Shown: in pieces, positions 27,350 through 35,814 of the stretch
Layout: every line of letters starts with the position of its first letter
Numbering within the stretch: position 1 is the first letter of the stretch
The notes under the pieces: model-generated
The model's input: only the letters and a program-made list of their open reading frames with translations
What the model was told of the DNA's origin: nothing
The model's database searches: none
Assembly: GCA_965204205.1 (NCBI GenBank)
Contig: OZ241976.1
Span: 1,838,858-1,902,857, forward strand
Length of the DNA: 64,000 nucleotides
Reading direction: 5' to 3'
DNA from: an uncultured Candidatus Binatia bacterium
GTDB taxonomy: Bacteria > Desulfobacterota > Binatia > UBA9968 > JAJDTQ01
Translations under genes and position numbers: made by a program

Positions 27350-28265
27350 CTCCGACATCACGGTTGCGGCAGACCCCGGTATGGCCGTCACCACGGCAAG
27401 CGACCTTCCGGGATCGGTACGCTCGGTACGCGCCCGGGCGCGCAGGCTGCTGATCGTCCCCTTGCTGATCCTCGTCACCTTCTGCGCCCTCGGCGTGCTG
27501 GCCGACGTGGTGGCCCCCTACCCGCCCAACAAGATCGCCCTCAGGGCACGCCTGCTGCCGCCGGCGTGGCAGGAAGGCGGCAGGCTGGCCCATCCGCTGG
27601 GCACCGACCGGCTGGGCCGGGACATCACCAGCCGCATCATCCACGGCGCGCGGGTTTCCATCGCCGCGGGCCTGGCGGCCGTAGCCGTGGGCGGCGTCAT
27701 CGGCACGCTGCTGGGACTGATCTCGGGCTACTTCGGTCGCTGGATCGACACCCTCCTCATGCGCGCCACCGACGCCATGCTGTCACTGCCCATCATACTC
27801 ATCGCGCTGCTCTTCGCGGTGGTGTTCGGCCCGAGCTTCCAGAACCTGATCCTGGTCCTGGGGCTGGTGATGTGGGCGAGGTTCGCCCGGCTCGTGCGGG
27901 GCGAGGTGCTGACCTGGAAGGAGCGGGAGTTCGTGGCCCTGGCCCGGGTGGCGGGATGCTCGTCGTTCCGCATCCTCCAGCGCCACATCTTTCCCAACAT
28001 CATCAACCCGCTGGTGGTGCTGGCGACCCTCCAGGTGGGCTGGGTCATCATCGTGGAGGCCTCGCTGAGCTTCCTGGGCGCGGGGATCCCGCCGCCGACG
28101 CCCTCCTGGGGCGCCATGATCGCGGACGGACGCGCCCACATCACCACGGCGTGGTGGCTGTCGTTCTTCCCCGGCGTGGCGCTGGTGCTGGTGGTGCTCT
28201 CCATCAACCTGCTGGGTGACTGGCTCCGTGACTTCCTGGATCCCAGGACCCGAAACCTGACGTGA
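27342..28265 (+). CDS. ABC transporter permease (DppC/OppC-like)
   Basis: It overlaps the previous permease by 8 nt. LGTDRLGRDITSRIIHGAR and EFVALARVAGCS are typical DppC motifs. Confidence 0.85.
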   Translation: MADSDITVAADPGMAVTTASDLPGSVRSVRARARRLLIVPLLILVTFCALGVLADVVAPYPPNKIALRARLLPPAWQEGGRLAHPLGTDRLGRDITSRIIHGARVSIAAGLAAVAVGGVIGTLLGLISGYFGRWIDTLLMRATDAMLSLPIILIALLFAVVFGPSFQNLILVLGLVMWARFARLVRGEVLTWKEREFVALARVAGCSSFRILQRHIFPNIINPLVVLATLQVGWVIIVEASLSFLGAGIPPPTPSWGAMIADGRAHITTAWWLSFFPGVALVLVVLSINLLGDWLRDFLDPRTRNLT

Positions 28266-28319
28266 ACCAGTGGACTTTCACCAGTCGATATGTGACACGA
28301 GACTAGAGGAGGCTTTGCT

Positions 28320-29036
28320 ATGTACGGTTATCGCGCCCGAATCGGCTACACGTCCCCGCCCTACCTGACGGAGACCTTCCCCTACGAGTTCTACAAGATG
28401 GTCCCGGAGGGTGTGACGCTCGTGCTAACCACCCTCGCCATCAAGAAGCTCACCGAGCAGGAAACCACCCGAAGCGTCGAGATGACCCTGGAGGCGGCCC
28501 GGGAGATGGGCAAGGCCGGCGTCGACATCATGGTTTTCGGCGGCGTGCCGCTCAACCTGTCGCTAGGCTACGAGGGACTCGCGGAGACTCTGCGCAAGAC
28601 CGAGGAGGAGATCGGCGTTCCGGTCACCTCCAGCATCACCGCGCAAGTGAACGCCCTACGGGCCGTGGGCGCGGAGAAGCTGGTCCTCCTTCACCCTTTC
28701 ACCGACCCCGAGGGTTTCCACGCGGAGTATGTGACCCACTACGGCTTCAATCTGCTGGGATTCAGAGGCGCCCAGAAGACCGTCGCGGACCTCGCCACCA
28801 TCTCGCAGGACGAGGTGAAGGCCCTGGCGGAGGCCCTCTACCGTGACTACCCCGAGGCCGACACCCTCTACATCCCCGCGCCCCACTGGGGCATCATCGA
28901 ACTCATCGACCCCCTGGAGCAGGAACTGGGCGTCAACGTGGTCATCGCGATACAGGCCATCGTATGGGAGACCCTGCGCCGCGCCGGCGTCAACGACAAG
29001 ATCAACGGCTACGGCAAGCTGCTTAGGGAACATTAG
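28320..29036 (+). CDS. Asp/Glu-racemase-fold protein (maleate isomerase/arylmalonate decarboxylase-like), cysteine-free
   Basis: 238 aa. It aligns along its whole length by eye with the paralogue at 32732-33442 (RIGYTSP / RIGLIIPS; DIMVFGGVPLN / DVIVFHCTANS; LYIPAPHWGIIE / FLSCTNTRMIE). It contains no Cys residue at all. Confidence 0.65.
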   Translation: MYGYRARIGYTSPPYLTETFPYEFYKMVPEGVTLVLTTLAIKKLTEQETTRSVEMTLEAAREMGKAGVDIMVFGGVPLNLSLGYEGLAETLRKTEEEIGVPVTSSITAQVNALRAVGAEKLVLLHPFTDPEGFHAEYVTHYGFNLLGFRGAQKTVADLATISQDEVKALAEALYRDYPEADTLYIPAPHWGIIELIDPLEQELGVNVVIAIQAIVWETLRRAGVNDKINGYGKLLREH

Positions 29037-29091
29037 CGAAGGGGTTTGGACCCCGTAGGAACCAAGCGGTGAAATCCGGGTGAAACCCGCA

Positions 29092-29167
29092 GGGCGACCG
29101 CCAGTCGCCCCTACCCGCACGGAAGGCCACGCCCGATCCGATGTGTAGGGGCGACCCGCGGTCGCCC
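29092..29167. repeat. REPIN-like inverted pair of family-A REPs (GTAG-GGGCGACC-N-GGTCGCCC)
   Basis: One arm is GGGCGACCGCCAGTCGCCC-CTAC at 29092-29114. The other is GTAG-GGGCGACCCGCGGTCGCCC at 29145-29167, in inverted orientation. The pair lies between convergent genes. Confidence 0.7.
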
Positions 29168-29194
29168 TCCCCCGCATCGAAACCAACGCCCCGT

Positions 29195-30175
29195 TCAGAA
29201 CAGATGGCAGGCCACCTTCCGCTCCGGGGCGGCCTCCTGCAGCACAGGCTCTTCCTCCACGCACCGGGCCATGGCCAGGGGACAGCGCGGGTGGAAACGG
29301 CAGCCGGAGGGCGGGTCCATGGGGTTGGGGACCTCACCCGCTACCACCAACTCGTCCGACTCCTGCCCTTTGCGGACCGGCAGCGCGGCCGCGATGAGCG
29401 CCTTCGTGTACGGGTGCAGGGGCTCGGCGTAGAGCGCGTCGGCCTTCCCTTCCTCGACGATCCGGCCCAGATACATGACCGCGACCCGGTGGCTCAGGTG
29501 CCGGGACACCGCCAAGTCGTGGGTGATGAGCAGATAGCTCAGGCCGTGCTGGTCCTGGAGGTCCTTCAGCAGGTTGATGATCTGGCTCCGGATGGAAGCG
29601 TCGAGAGAGGCCACGGGCTCGTCCAGGACGATCAATCGCGAATGGGTCGCCAGCGCTCGCGCCAGGGCAATGCGCTGGCGCTGGCCGCCGCTGAACTCGT
29701 GGGGATAGAGCCGGGCGAACGCCGCGTCCAGGTTGACGTCCCCTAGCACCTCCGCCACCCGCTCGCGGACCGCCTGCCGGGAAAGCCCGGCGTTCACCTC
29801 CAACGGTTCGCCGACGATGTCGCCGACCCGCATCCTGGGATTGAGAGAGCTCTGGGGATCCTGGAACACCGCCTGCACGGTGCTGCGGTAGCGTTGCAGG
29901 CCGTCGCCCGACATCTCCTGCAGGCTGACTCCCTCGTAGAGCATCTCGCCGCTGGTGGGGCGCTCCAGCAACAAAACCATCTTGGCGGTGGTGCTCTTGC
30001 CGCAACCGGATTCCCCCACCAGCCCCAGGGTCTCGCCGCTCTCGATGTGAAAGCTGACGTCCTCGACGGCGTGGATCCAGCCCACGTTGCCGCCGAGGAT
30101 CAACCCCTTGGTCACGGGGAAACGCTTACTGACGTTCCTGGCTTCCAGCAGGGAGGGGTTCATGTTCTTCCCCAT
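29195..30175 (-). CDS. ABC transporter ATP-binding protein (DppF/OppF-like)
   Basis: Walker A is GESGCGKST, the signature motif is FSGGQRQR, and the C-terminal oligopeptide-type extension is PPSGCRFHPRCPLAMARC. Confidence 0.85.
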   Translation of the reverse strand: MGKNMNPSLLEARNVSKRFPVTKGLILGGNVGWIHAVEDVSFHIESGETLGLVGESGCGKSTTAKMVLLLERPTSGEMLYEGVSLQEMSGDGLQRYRSTVQAVFQDPQSSLNPRMRVGDIVGEPLEVNAGLSRQAVRERVAEVLGDVNLDAAFARLYPHEFSGGQRQRIALARALATHSRLIVLDEPVASLDASIRSQIINLLKDLQDQHGLSYLLITHDLAVSRHLSHRVAVMYLGRIVEEGKADALYAEPLHPYTKALIAAALPVRKGQESDELVVAGEVPNPMDPPSGCRFHPRCPLAMARCVEEEPVLQEAAPERKVACHLF

Positions 30176-31160
30176 CGTGCAGCCAGCAGGCCACGTCGTG
30201 GTCCGCGCCGAGCCGGGTCACCGGCGGGGACTCCGCGCGGCAGACATCCATGGCCCTGGGGCAGCGGGGCGCGAACGCGCAGCCCGGCGGAAGGTCGTAG
30301 ACCAGCGGGGGACTCCCCTCGATGGACGGGAACCGGTGCACCTTGCGGTCCATGCGCGGGACGGATTGCAGCAGCGCCTCCGTGTAGGGATGTGCGGGAT
30401 GTTCGAACAGCGCGTCCACGGTCAATTGCTCGACGATCTTGCCGGCGTACATGACCGCCACCCGGTCACAGATCCGCGCCAGCGTGCCCAGGTCGTGGGT
30501 AATGTAGATGATGGACAGGTTCGACTCTCTCTGGAGCTCCTTGAGCAGCCGGAGGTACTGGGCCTGGATGGTGACGTCGAGCGACGTGGTGGGCTCGTCG
30601 GCGATAAGGATCTTCGGTCCGGCGGCGATGGCGGTGGCGCCCACCACCCGCTGGCGCATCCCGCCGCTGAACTGATGCGGATAGTCCTTCAACCGCGATT
30701 CCGGAGCGGGAATGCGCACGAGGCTCAGGAGCTTCGACACCCTCTCCCAAAGGCCTGAACGGGGCACGACGCCGTGGACCCGCAACGGCTCCGCCACCTG
30801 GTTGCCGATGGTGAACACCGGATTCAGGGTGCTCAGGGGGTCCTGGAGGATCATGGCGATCTGGCGACCGCGGACCGTGCGCATTTCCTGCTCCGACATC
30901 CTCAGCAGGTCCCGGCCCTGGAACAGCACCTGCCCGGAGACGATGCGCCCGGCCGGGCGCGGCACCAGGCGCAGGATCGAGAGGCTGGTCATGCTCTTGC
31001 CGCATCCCGATTCGCCCAGCAGACCCAGCGATTCGCCTTCGTTCAGCGTGAAGGAGACGCCGTCCACGGCCCTGCCCGTTCCCCACCGGGTAAAGAAGTA
31101 CGTTCTCAGGTCCTTGACCTCGAGCAGGGGGACAGGCGTAGCGCTGGAGGCGGTACTCAT
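30126..31160 (-). CDS. ABC transporter ATP-binding protein (DppD/OppD-like)
   Basis: The ORF 30126-31766 is trimmed to [22 protein letters not shown], with GAGGA upstream of the ATG at 31160. It carries [18 protein letters not shown] and [18 protein letters not shown]. It overlaps the next ATPase gene by 50 nt. Confidence 0.85.
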   Translation of the reverse strand: MSTASSATPVPLLEVKDLRTYFFTRWGTGRAVDGVSFTLNEGESLGLLGESGCGKSMTSLSILRLVPRPAGRIVSGQVLFQGRDLLRMSEQEMRTVRGRQIAMILQDPLSTLNPVFTIGNQVAEPLRVHGVVPRSGLWERVSKLLSLVRIPAPESRLKDYPHQFSGGMRQRVVGATAIAAGPKILIADEPTTSLDVTIQAQYLRLLKELQRESNLSIIYITHDLGTLARICDRVAVMYAGKIVEQLTVDALFEHPAHPYTEALLQSVPRMDRKVHRFPSIEGSPPLVYDLPPGCAFAPRCPRAMDVCRAESPPVTRLGADHDVACWLHDGEEHEPLPAGSQERQ

Positions 31161-31290
31161 GGAGCTATCCTCGGCGACGCCCCGGCATCTTGACACAAAA
31201 ATGGCCCCGGTAGTAACGGTAAACGGCAGCGGACCGACCGACCACCCGGCCCTCCGACGGGGCCGGAACAGCCCGATCGGAGCACATCCC

Positions 31291-32487
31291 ATGGAAGACT
31301 TCACCCAGACCTTGGTCATCGACGCGGACGGCCACGTCAACGAGGGCGACATCGACTTCGCGCCCTGGCTGCCCGAGAAGTACAAGTCGCTGGCACCGGT
31401 GCGGCTCAAGGACAACCGCGGCGGCAACCGGCTCTTGCTGGAAGGACGCATCTGGCCGGCCAACGAGGGGCCGGGGCCGGGCGTGACCGGGCCCATGACG
31501 GAGGAGGCGCGGAAGGGCCGCCCGGGCATGACCGACCCCAAGGAGCGTCTCAAGGACATGGACATCGAAGGCATCGACGTGGCGGTGATCTTCGGCACCC
31601 AGATCGCGCTCACGGTCAACGGACTGATGGACAAGGGTCTCGCCGGGGCAATCTGCCACGCGGTGAACGAGTGGCTGCTGGAGTATTGTTCCGCCGACCC
31701 CCGGCGCCTGCGTGCCGTGGGCCTCATCCCCTGCCAGGACCCGCCGGCGGCGGTCCGGGAGCTCACCTACCTGGCCCAGCACGGCGCCACCACCGCCATG
31801 CTGCCGACCAACGTCTACGGCCGGAACATGGGCGACCCCATGTTCGATCCCATCTACGCCGCCGCCCAGGAGCTCGGCATGCCGTTGTCGGTCCACCCGC
31901 AGACCGGCCACGACGGCGTTCCCGGCGTGTCCGGGGTCATGGGAGCCGGCACCCGGCGCTTCTACAAGTACGTCTACGTCCACATGACCGCCTTCCCCTT
32001 CGAGCTGATGATCGCGATGATGCACATGATCGGCGAGGGCGTGTTCGACCGCTTTCCGCTGCTCAAGGTCGCGTACATGGAAGGCGGCGCCGGCTGGCTG
32101 CCCTTCTGGATGGAGCGCTTCGACGAGCACCTGGAGAAGCTGGCGCCGCAGATGCCCGCGATGCTGCGCCGCCCCAGCGAGATCATCCGGAGCGAGCAGG
32201 TCGTGCTGTCGTGCGAGTCCGAGGAGACCGGGCTGGACCGCGTGCTGGACGCCTCCGGACCGGCTACGGTTCTCTATGCCTCGGACTACTGCCACTGGGA
32301 CTGCCACTTTCCCTACTCCGTCAAGGACGTCATCTCGGGCGACGACCTGAGCTTCGAGCAGAAGCAGCAGGTGCTGTACAGGAACGCCGTGAAGTTCTTC
32401 GATTTGGGGGACCTGCCGGAGCCCAGGGCGCTGGCCAACGCCATGGCCGCGTGGGACAGCTATAATGGCGGCGTGCCGCCGGCCTAG
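31291..32487 (+). CDS. Amidohydro_2-family hydrolase/decarboxylase (A7)
   Basis: The ORF 30712-32487 is trimmed to MEDFTQTLVIDADGHVNEG. It carries YMEGGAGWLPFW and YASDYCHWDC. It is divergent from the ABC ATPase genes. Confidence 0.8.
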   Translation: MEDFTQTLVIDADGHVNEGDIDFAPWLPEKYKSLAPVRLKDNRGGNRLLLEGRIWPANEGPGPGVTGPMTEEARKGRPGMTDPKERLKDMDIEGIDVAVIFGTQIALTVNGLMDKGLAGAICHAVNEWLLEYCSADPRRLRAVGLIPCQDPPAAVRELTYLAQHGATTAMLPTNVYGRNMGDPMFDPIYAAAQELGMPLSVHPQTGHDGVPGVSGVMGAGTRRFYKYVYVHMTAFPFELMIAMMHMIGEGVFDRFPLLKVAYMEGGAGWLPFWMERFDEHLEKLAPQMPAMLRRPSEIIRSEQVVLSCESEETGLDRVLDASGPATVLYASDYCHWDCHFPYSVKDVISGDDLSFEQKQQVLYRNAVKFFDLGDLPEPRALANAMAAWDSYNGGVPPA

Positions 32488-32503
32488 ACGCGTAACGCGG
32501 GCA

Positions 32504-32666
32504 GGGCGACCGCCGGTCGCCCCTACGGGAACCGCCGCGTGCCGACGCCGCACATCAATCGGCGTATCGGGGGCATGGCAACCGGCGTGCCCGATGCCGG
32601 AACCGCCGCGAAACAGCGCCGTGCATCAGTAGGCGTTTCGGGGGTAGGGGCGACCGGCGGTCGCCC
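32504..32666. repeat. REPIN-like inverted pair of family-A REPs with an internal duplicated segment
   Basis: One arm is GGGCGACCGCCGGTCGCCC-CTAC at 32504-32526 and the other is GTAG-GGGCGACCGGCGGTCGCCC at 32644-32666. Between them, GGAACCGCCGCG occurs twice (32528-32539 and 32599-32610), each time heading a similar segment of about 38 nt. Confidence 0.7.
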
Positions 32667-32731
32667 ATCCGGGCCTCCACCGCAATGCAGGCCTTGTCCA
32701 CCGGACGAACAGGATCGATTGGAGGAACACC

Positions 32732-33442
32732 ATGGTCAACCAGGCGCGCATCGGCCTTATCATTCCGTCCGCCAACCGCCTCACCGAACCGCAGTTCAAC
32801 CGTTACCTGCCGGATGACGTGGACATCCACGTCACCCGGCTGCGCATGACCGGAAAGTGGGCCAAGCCCCTTGACCAGCTCCAGGGAGCCATCGAGGAAG
32901 CCTCGCGTGCGTTGTCCGACACCAGACCGGACGTGATCGTGTTCCACTGCACCGCGAACTCCATGGAAGGCGGGCTCGATGGTGAACGGCGCATTACCGA
33001 ATGGATCAGCCAGGCGAGCGGGTGCGCGGCCGTAACCACGAGCGGGGCCATCACCGAGGCGCTGCGCGAGCTCGCCATCGGCAAGCTCGTGCTCATCAGC
33101 CCCTACGTGGAAGCGACGAACCAGTCGGAGATGCGCTACATGTCCGAAGCAGGCTTCGAGGTGGTCCACGAACTCGGGCTCGGCCTTCCCGGAAGCGACG
33201 ACTACATCGCGGTGACCCCGGAGGAGTGGCTGGACATCACCTGCGAGAACAGCCGGCCGGAGGCCGAAGGCTACTTCCTGAGCTGCACCAACACCCGCAT
33301 GATCGAGACCATCGAAGCGGTGGAGAGCCGCCTCGCCCGTCCGGTGGTGTCGAGCAACCAGGCGGCCTTGTGGGCCTGCCTCCGGCGCATGGGCCGCCCG
33401 ACGTCGATTCCGGGGCTGGGGCGGCTGTGCGCCGAGGGTTGA
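32732..33442 (+). CDS. Maleate isomerase/Asp-Glu racemase-fold protein, two-cysteine type
   Basis: 236 aa. Cys73 in VIVFHCTANS and Cys185 in YFLSCTNTR sit at the spacing expected for the catalytic Cys pair of maleate cis-trans isomerase-type enzymes. Confidence 0.7.
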   Translation: MVNQARIGLIIPSANRLTEPQFNRYLPDDVDIHVTRLRMTGKWAKPLDQLQGAIEEASRALSDTRPDVIVFHCTANSMEGGLDGERRITEWISQASGCAAVTTSGAITEALRELAIGKLVLISPYVEATNQSEMRYMSEAGFEVVHELGLGLPGSDDYIAVTPEEWLDITCENSRPEAEGYFLSCTNTRMIETIEAVESRLARPVVSSNQAALWACLRRMGRPTSIPGLGRLCAEG

Positions 33443-33552
33443 AGCCTGGTTCACGTTTGACAAGCCGGAACCGCTGGCAGTAAAAACGGGTAGGCGCACC
33501 GTCCGTGCTTCCGCGCGTCCGACCGCGGTGCCGATTCTCCAAGGAGGCAATC

Positions 33553-34644
33553 ATGGCAGGAGTCATCGATGCGGATACGCATATCGCCGAACCCGAGGCG
33601 ATGTGGAAGTTCTTCGACGAGGACATGCACCCGCGCCGGCCGGTGCTGACGTCGATTACCGACGACACGCTTTACGGCATCCGCAACAAGTTCTGGCTCA
33701 TCGACGGCAACATCTTTCCGAAGCCCTCCGGCAAGGGCGGCTTCCGGCTGGTGACGCCGGCGGCCTCCACCCTGGAGACGGAACGGAACGACAGCCTCGT
33801 GGCCAGCCGGGAGATCACCGACGTCGGCGTGCGGCTCGCGGACATGGACCGCCTGGGGGTCGACACCCAGGTGATCTACCCCACCCTCTTCCTGGTCTAT
33901 CTCACCGAGGACGTGGACCTCGATATCGCGCTGGCCAAGGCCTACAACCGCTACATGTGGGAGGTGGAGGAGAAGGCCGGAGGACGGATGCGCTGGACCG
34001 CCGTGCTGCCGTTGCGCTCCATCGACGCATCCATCGACGAGATGCGGCTCGCCAAGGAGCACGGCGCGGTGGGGATCTTCTTCCGCGGCATGGAGGGGGA
34101 GCGGACCCTGGACGATCCCTACTTCTTCCCGGTGTACGAGGAAGCCAACTCCCTGGAGCTGCCCATCTGCATCCACACGGGCTCGGGCTGTCCCACCCTC
34201 ACCAACATGTTCAACCTCGAGCGCAACCACACCTTTCACCACGGCCGGGTGCTGCCGATCTTCGCGTTCCGGGACATCATCCACAACCGCATCCCGGAGA
34301 TGTTCCCGAAGCTCCGGTTCGGTTTCATCGAGGCGTCGGCGGGCTGGGTGCCGTTCCTGCTGCACATCCTGCGGCGGCTGCTGAAGCAGCAGTTCAAGTT
34401 CGACAGCAGCGTGGAGCTGTTCCAGAAGTACCGGCTGTTCGTGGCCTGCGAGGCGGACGAGGACATCCCGTACCTGATCCGCTACATGGGCGAGGACAAC
34501 ATCGTCATCGGCTCCGACTACGGCCACAACGACCCTTCGTTCGAGCCGGAGCTGGCGCAGACCATCCGGTCGCGGGAAGACCTGTCCCCCGCCATCGCGG
34601 ACAAGATCCTGTGCGAGAACCCGCGGCAGCTCTACAACATCTGA
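33553..34644 (+). CDS. Amidohydro_2-family hydrolase/decarboxylase (A8)
   Basis: Trimmed to MAGVIDADTHIAEP, with AAGGAGG upstream. It carries FIEASAGWVPF and IGSDYGHNDP. Confidence 0.85.
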   Translation: MAGVIDADTHIAEPEAMWKFFDEDMHPRRPVLTSITDDTLYGIRNKFWLIDGNIFPKPSGKGGFRLVTPAASTLETERNDSLVASREITDVGVRLADMDRLGVDTQVIYPTLFLVYLTEDVDLDIALAKAYNRYMWEVEEKAGGRMRWTAVLPLRSIDASIDEMRLAKEHGAVGIFFRGMEGERTLDDPYFFPVYEEANSLELPICIHTGSGCPTLTNMFNLERNHTFHHGRVLPIFAFRDIIHNRIPEMFPKLRFGFIEASAGWVPFLLHILRRLLKQQFKFDSSVELFQKYRLFVACEADEDIPYLIRYMGEDNIVIGSDYGHNDPSFEPELAQTIRSREDLSPAIADKILCENPRQLYNI

Positions 34645-34671
34645 GGGGTTCCGCCGCGTGAGCCGCATGCC

Positions 34672-35769
34672 ATGATGATCATCGACTCCGACACGCACAT
34701 CGCCGAGCCCGTCGCCATGTGGGACCACATCGACAAGGGCATGTATGAGCGCCGGCCGGTGCTGACGTCGGTGCCGGAGGATACGCTATACGGGCCCCGC
34801 AATGCCTTCTGGCTCATCGACGGCAACATCGTGCCGAAGCCCAACGGCAAGGGGAGCTACCGCCTGGTGACCCCGTCCGCCACCAAGCTCGAGTCCTCCC
34901 GCAGCGACAGCCTCATCGCCAGCCGCGAGATCACCCAGCCCGATGTCCGGCTGGCCGACATGGACCGGCTCGGCATCGACGTGCAGGTGATCTATCCGAC
35001 GCTGTTCCTGGTCTACCTGACCCACGACGTGGAGTTGGAAATCGCCTTGTGCAAGGCCTACAACCGTTACATGTGGGAGGTCCAGCGGACCGGGCAGAAC
35101 CGGCTCCTGTGGACCGCGGTGCTGCCGCTGCGCTCCATCGAGGCCTCCATCGACGAGATGCGGCTGGCCAAGGAGCACGGCGCGGTGGGCATCTTCTTCC
35201 GCGGCATGGAAGGGGACCTGACCCTCGACAACCCCTACTTCTTTCCGGTCTACGAGGAAGCCGCCAAGCTCGACCTGCCCATCTGCATCCACACCGGCAT
35301 GGGCGCGCCGGCGATCATCAACCTGTTCAGCTTCGAACGGAACTTCTCGTTCGCCCAGGGGCGGGTGCTGCCGATATACGCCTTCCGGGACCTGGTGGCC
35401 AACCGCATCCCCGAGCAGTTTCCGGACCTGCGCATGGGCTTTATCGAGGCATCGGCCGGCTGGGTGCCGTTCATGCTTCACATCCTCAAGCGGCTCCTCA
35501 AGAGCGACTGGAAGCACAAGACGGACGAGGCCCTGTTCGAGGACTACCGCCTGTTCGTGGCCTGCGAGGCGGACGAGGACGTCCCCTATCTCGTGGACTA
35601 CATCGGCGAGGACCACCTGCTCATCGGGTCGGACTACGGCCACCAGGACCCCTCGTTCGAGCCCGATCTGACCGGCACCATCCGCGGGCGGGAAGACATC
35701 CCGCAACGGGTCGCGGACAAGATGTTCGGTGACAACGCCAGGCGGTTCTACGGCATCGACGGAGCCTGA
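34672..35769 (+). CDS. Amidohydro_2-family hydrolase/decarboxylase (A9), tandem duplicate of A8
   Basis: MMIIDSDTHIAEP, FIEASAGWVPF and IGSDYGHQDP are present. There are long identical peptide runs with A8, for example IDEMRLAKEHGAVGIFFRGMEG and YRLFVACEADED. Confidence 0.85.
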   Translation: MMIIDSDTHIAEPVAMWDHIDKGMYERRPVLTSVPEDTLYGPRNAFWLIDGNIVPKPNGKGSYRLVTPSATKLESSRSDSLIASREITQPDVRLADMDRLGIDVQVIYPTLFLVYLTHDVELEIALCKAYNRYMWEVQRTGQNRLLWTAVLPLRSIEASIDEMRLAKEHGAVGIFFRGMEGDLTLDNPYFFPVYEEAAKLDLPICIHTGMGAPAIINLFSFERNFSFAQGRVLPIYAFRDLVANRIPEQFPDLRMGFIEASAGWVPFMLHILKRLLKSDWKHKTDEALFEDYRLFVACEADEDVPYLVDYIGEDHLLIGSDYGHQDPSFEPDLTGTIRGREDIPQRVADKMFGDNARRFYGIDGA

Positions 35770-35814
35770 GCCGAACCGACGCCCAAACCTGATTCGCAGC
35801 GAAAGGAGAATCCC

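Noticed and set aside
24674-27478. A 934-aa minus-strand ORF lies opposite the ABC binding-protein and permease genes. Similar giants occur at 19086-21485 (+), 34786-36753 (-) and 51009-53066 (+).
   Set aside because: The reasoning is the same. They are antisense to genes with clear family motifs, the sequences are repetitive and rich in Arg/Gly/His/Asp, and there are no SD sites or domain signatures.
29092-32666. The repeated GGGCGACC...GGTCGCCC units could have been a small CRISPR array.
   Set aside because: There are only two copies per locus, in inverted rather than direct orientation. Each unit is itself a palindrome with GTAG flanks, there is no regular repeat-spacer periodicity, and no cas genes are present. 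This fits REP/REPIN elements instead.
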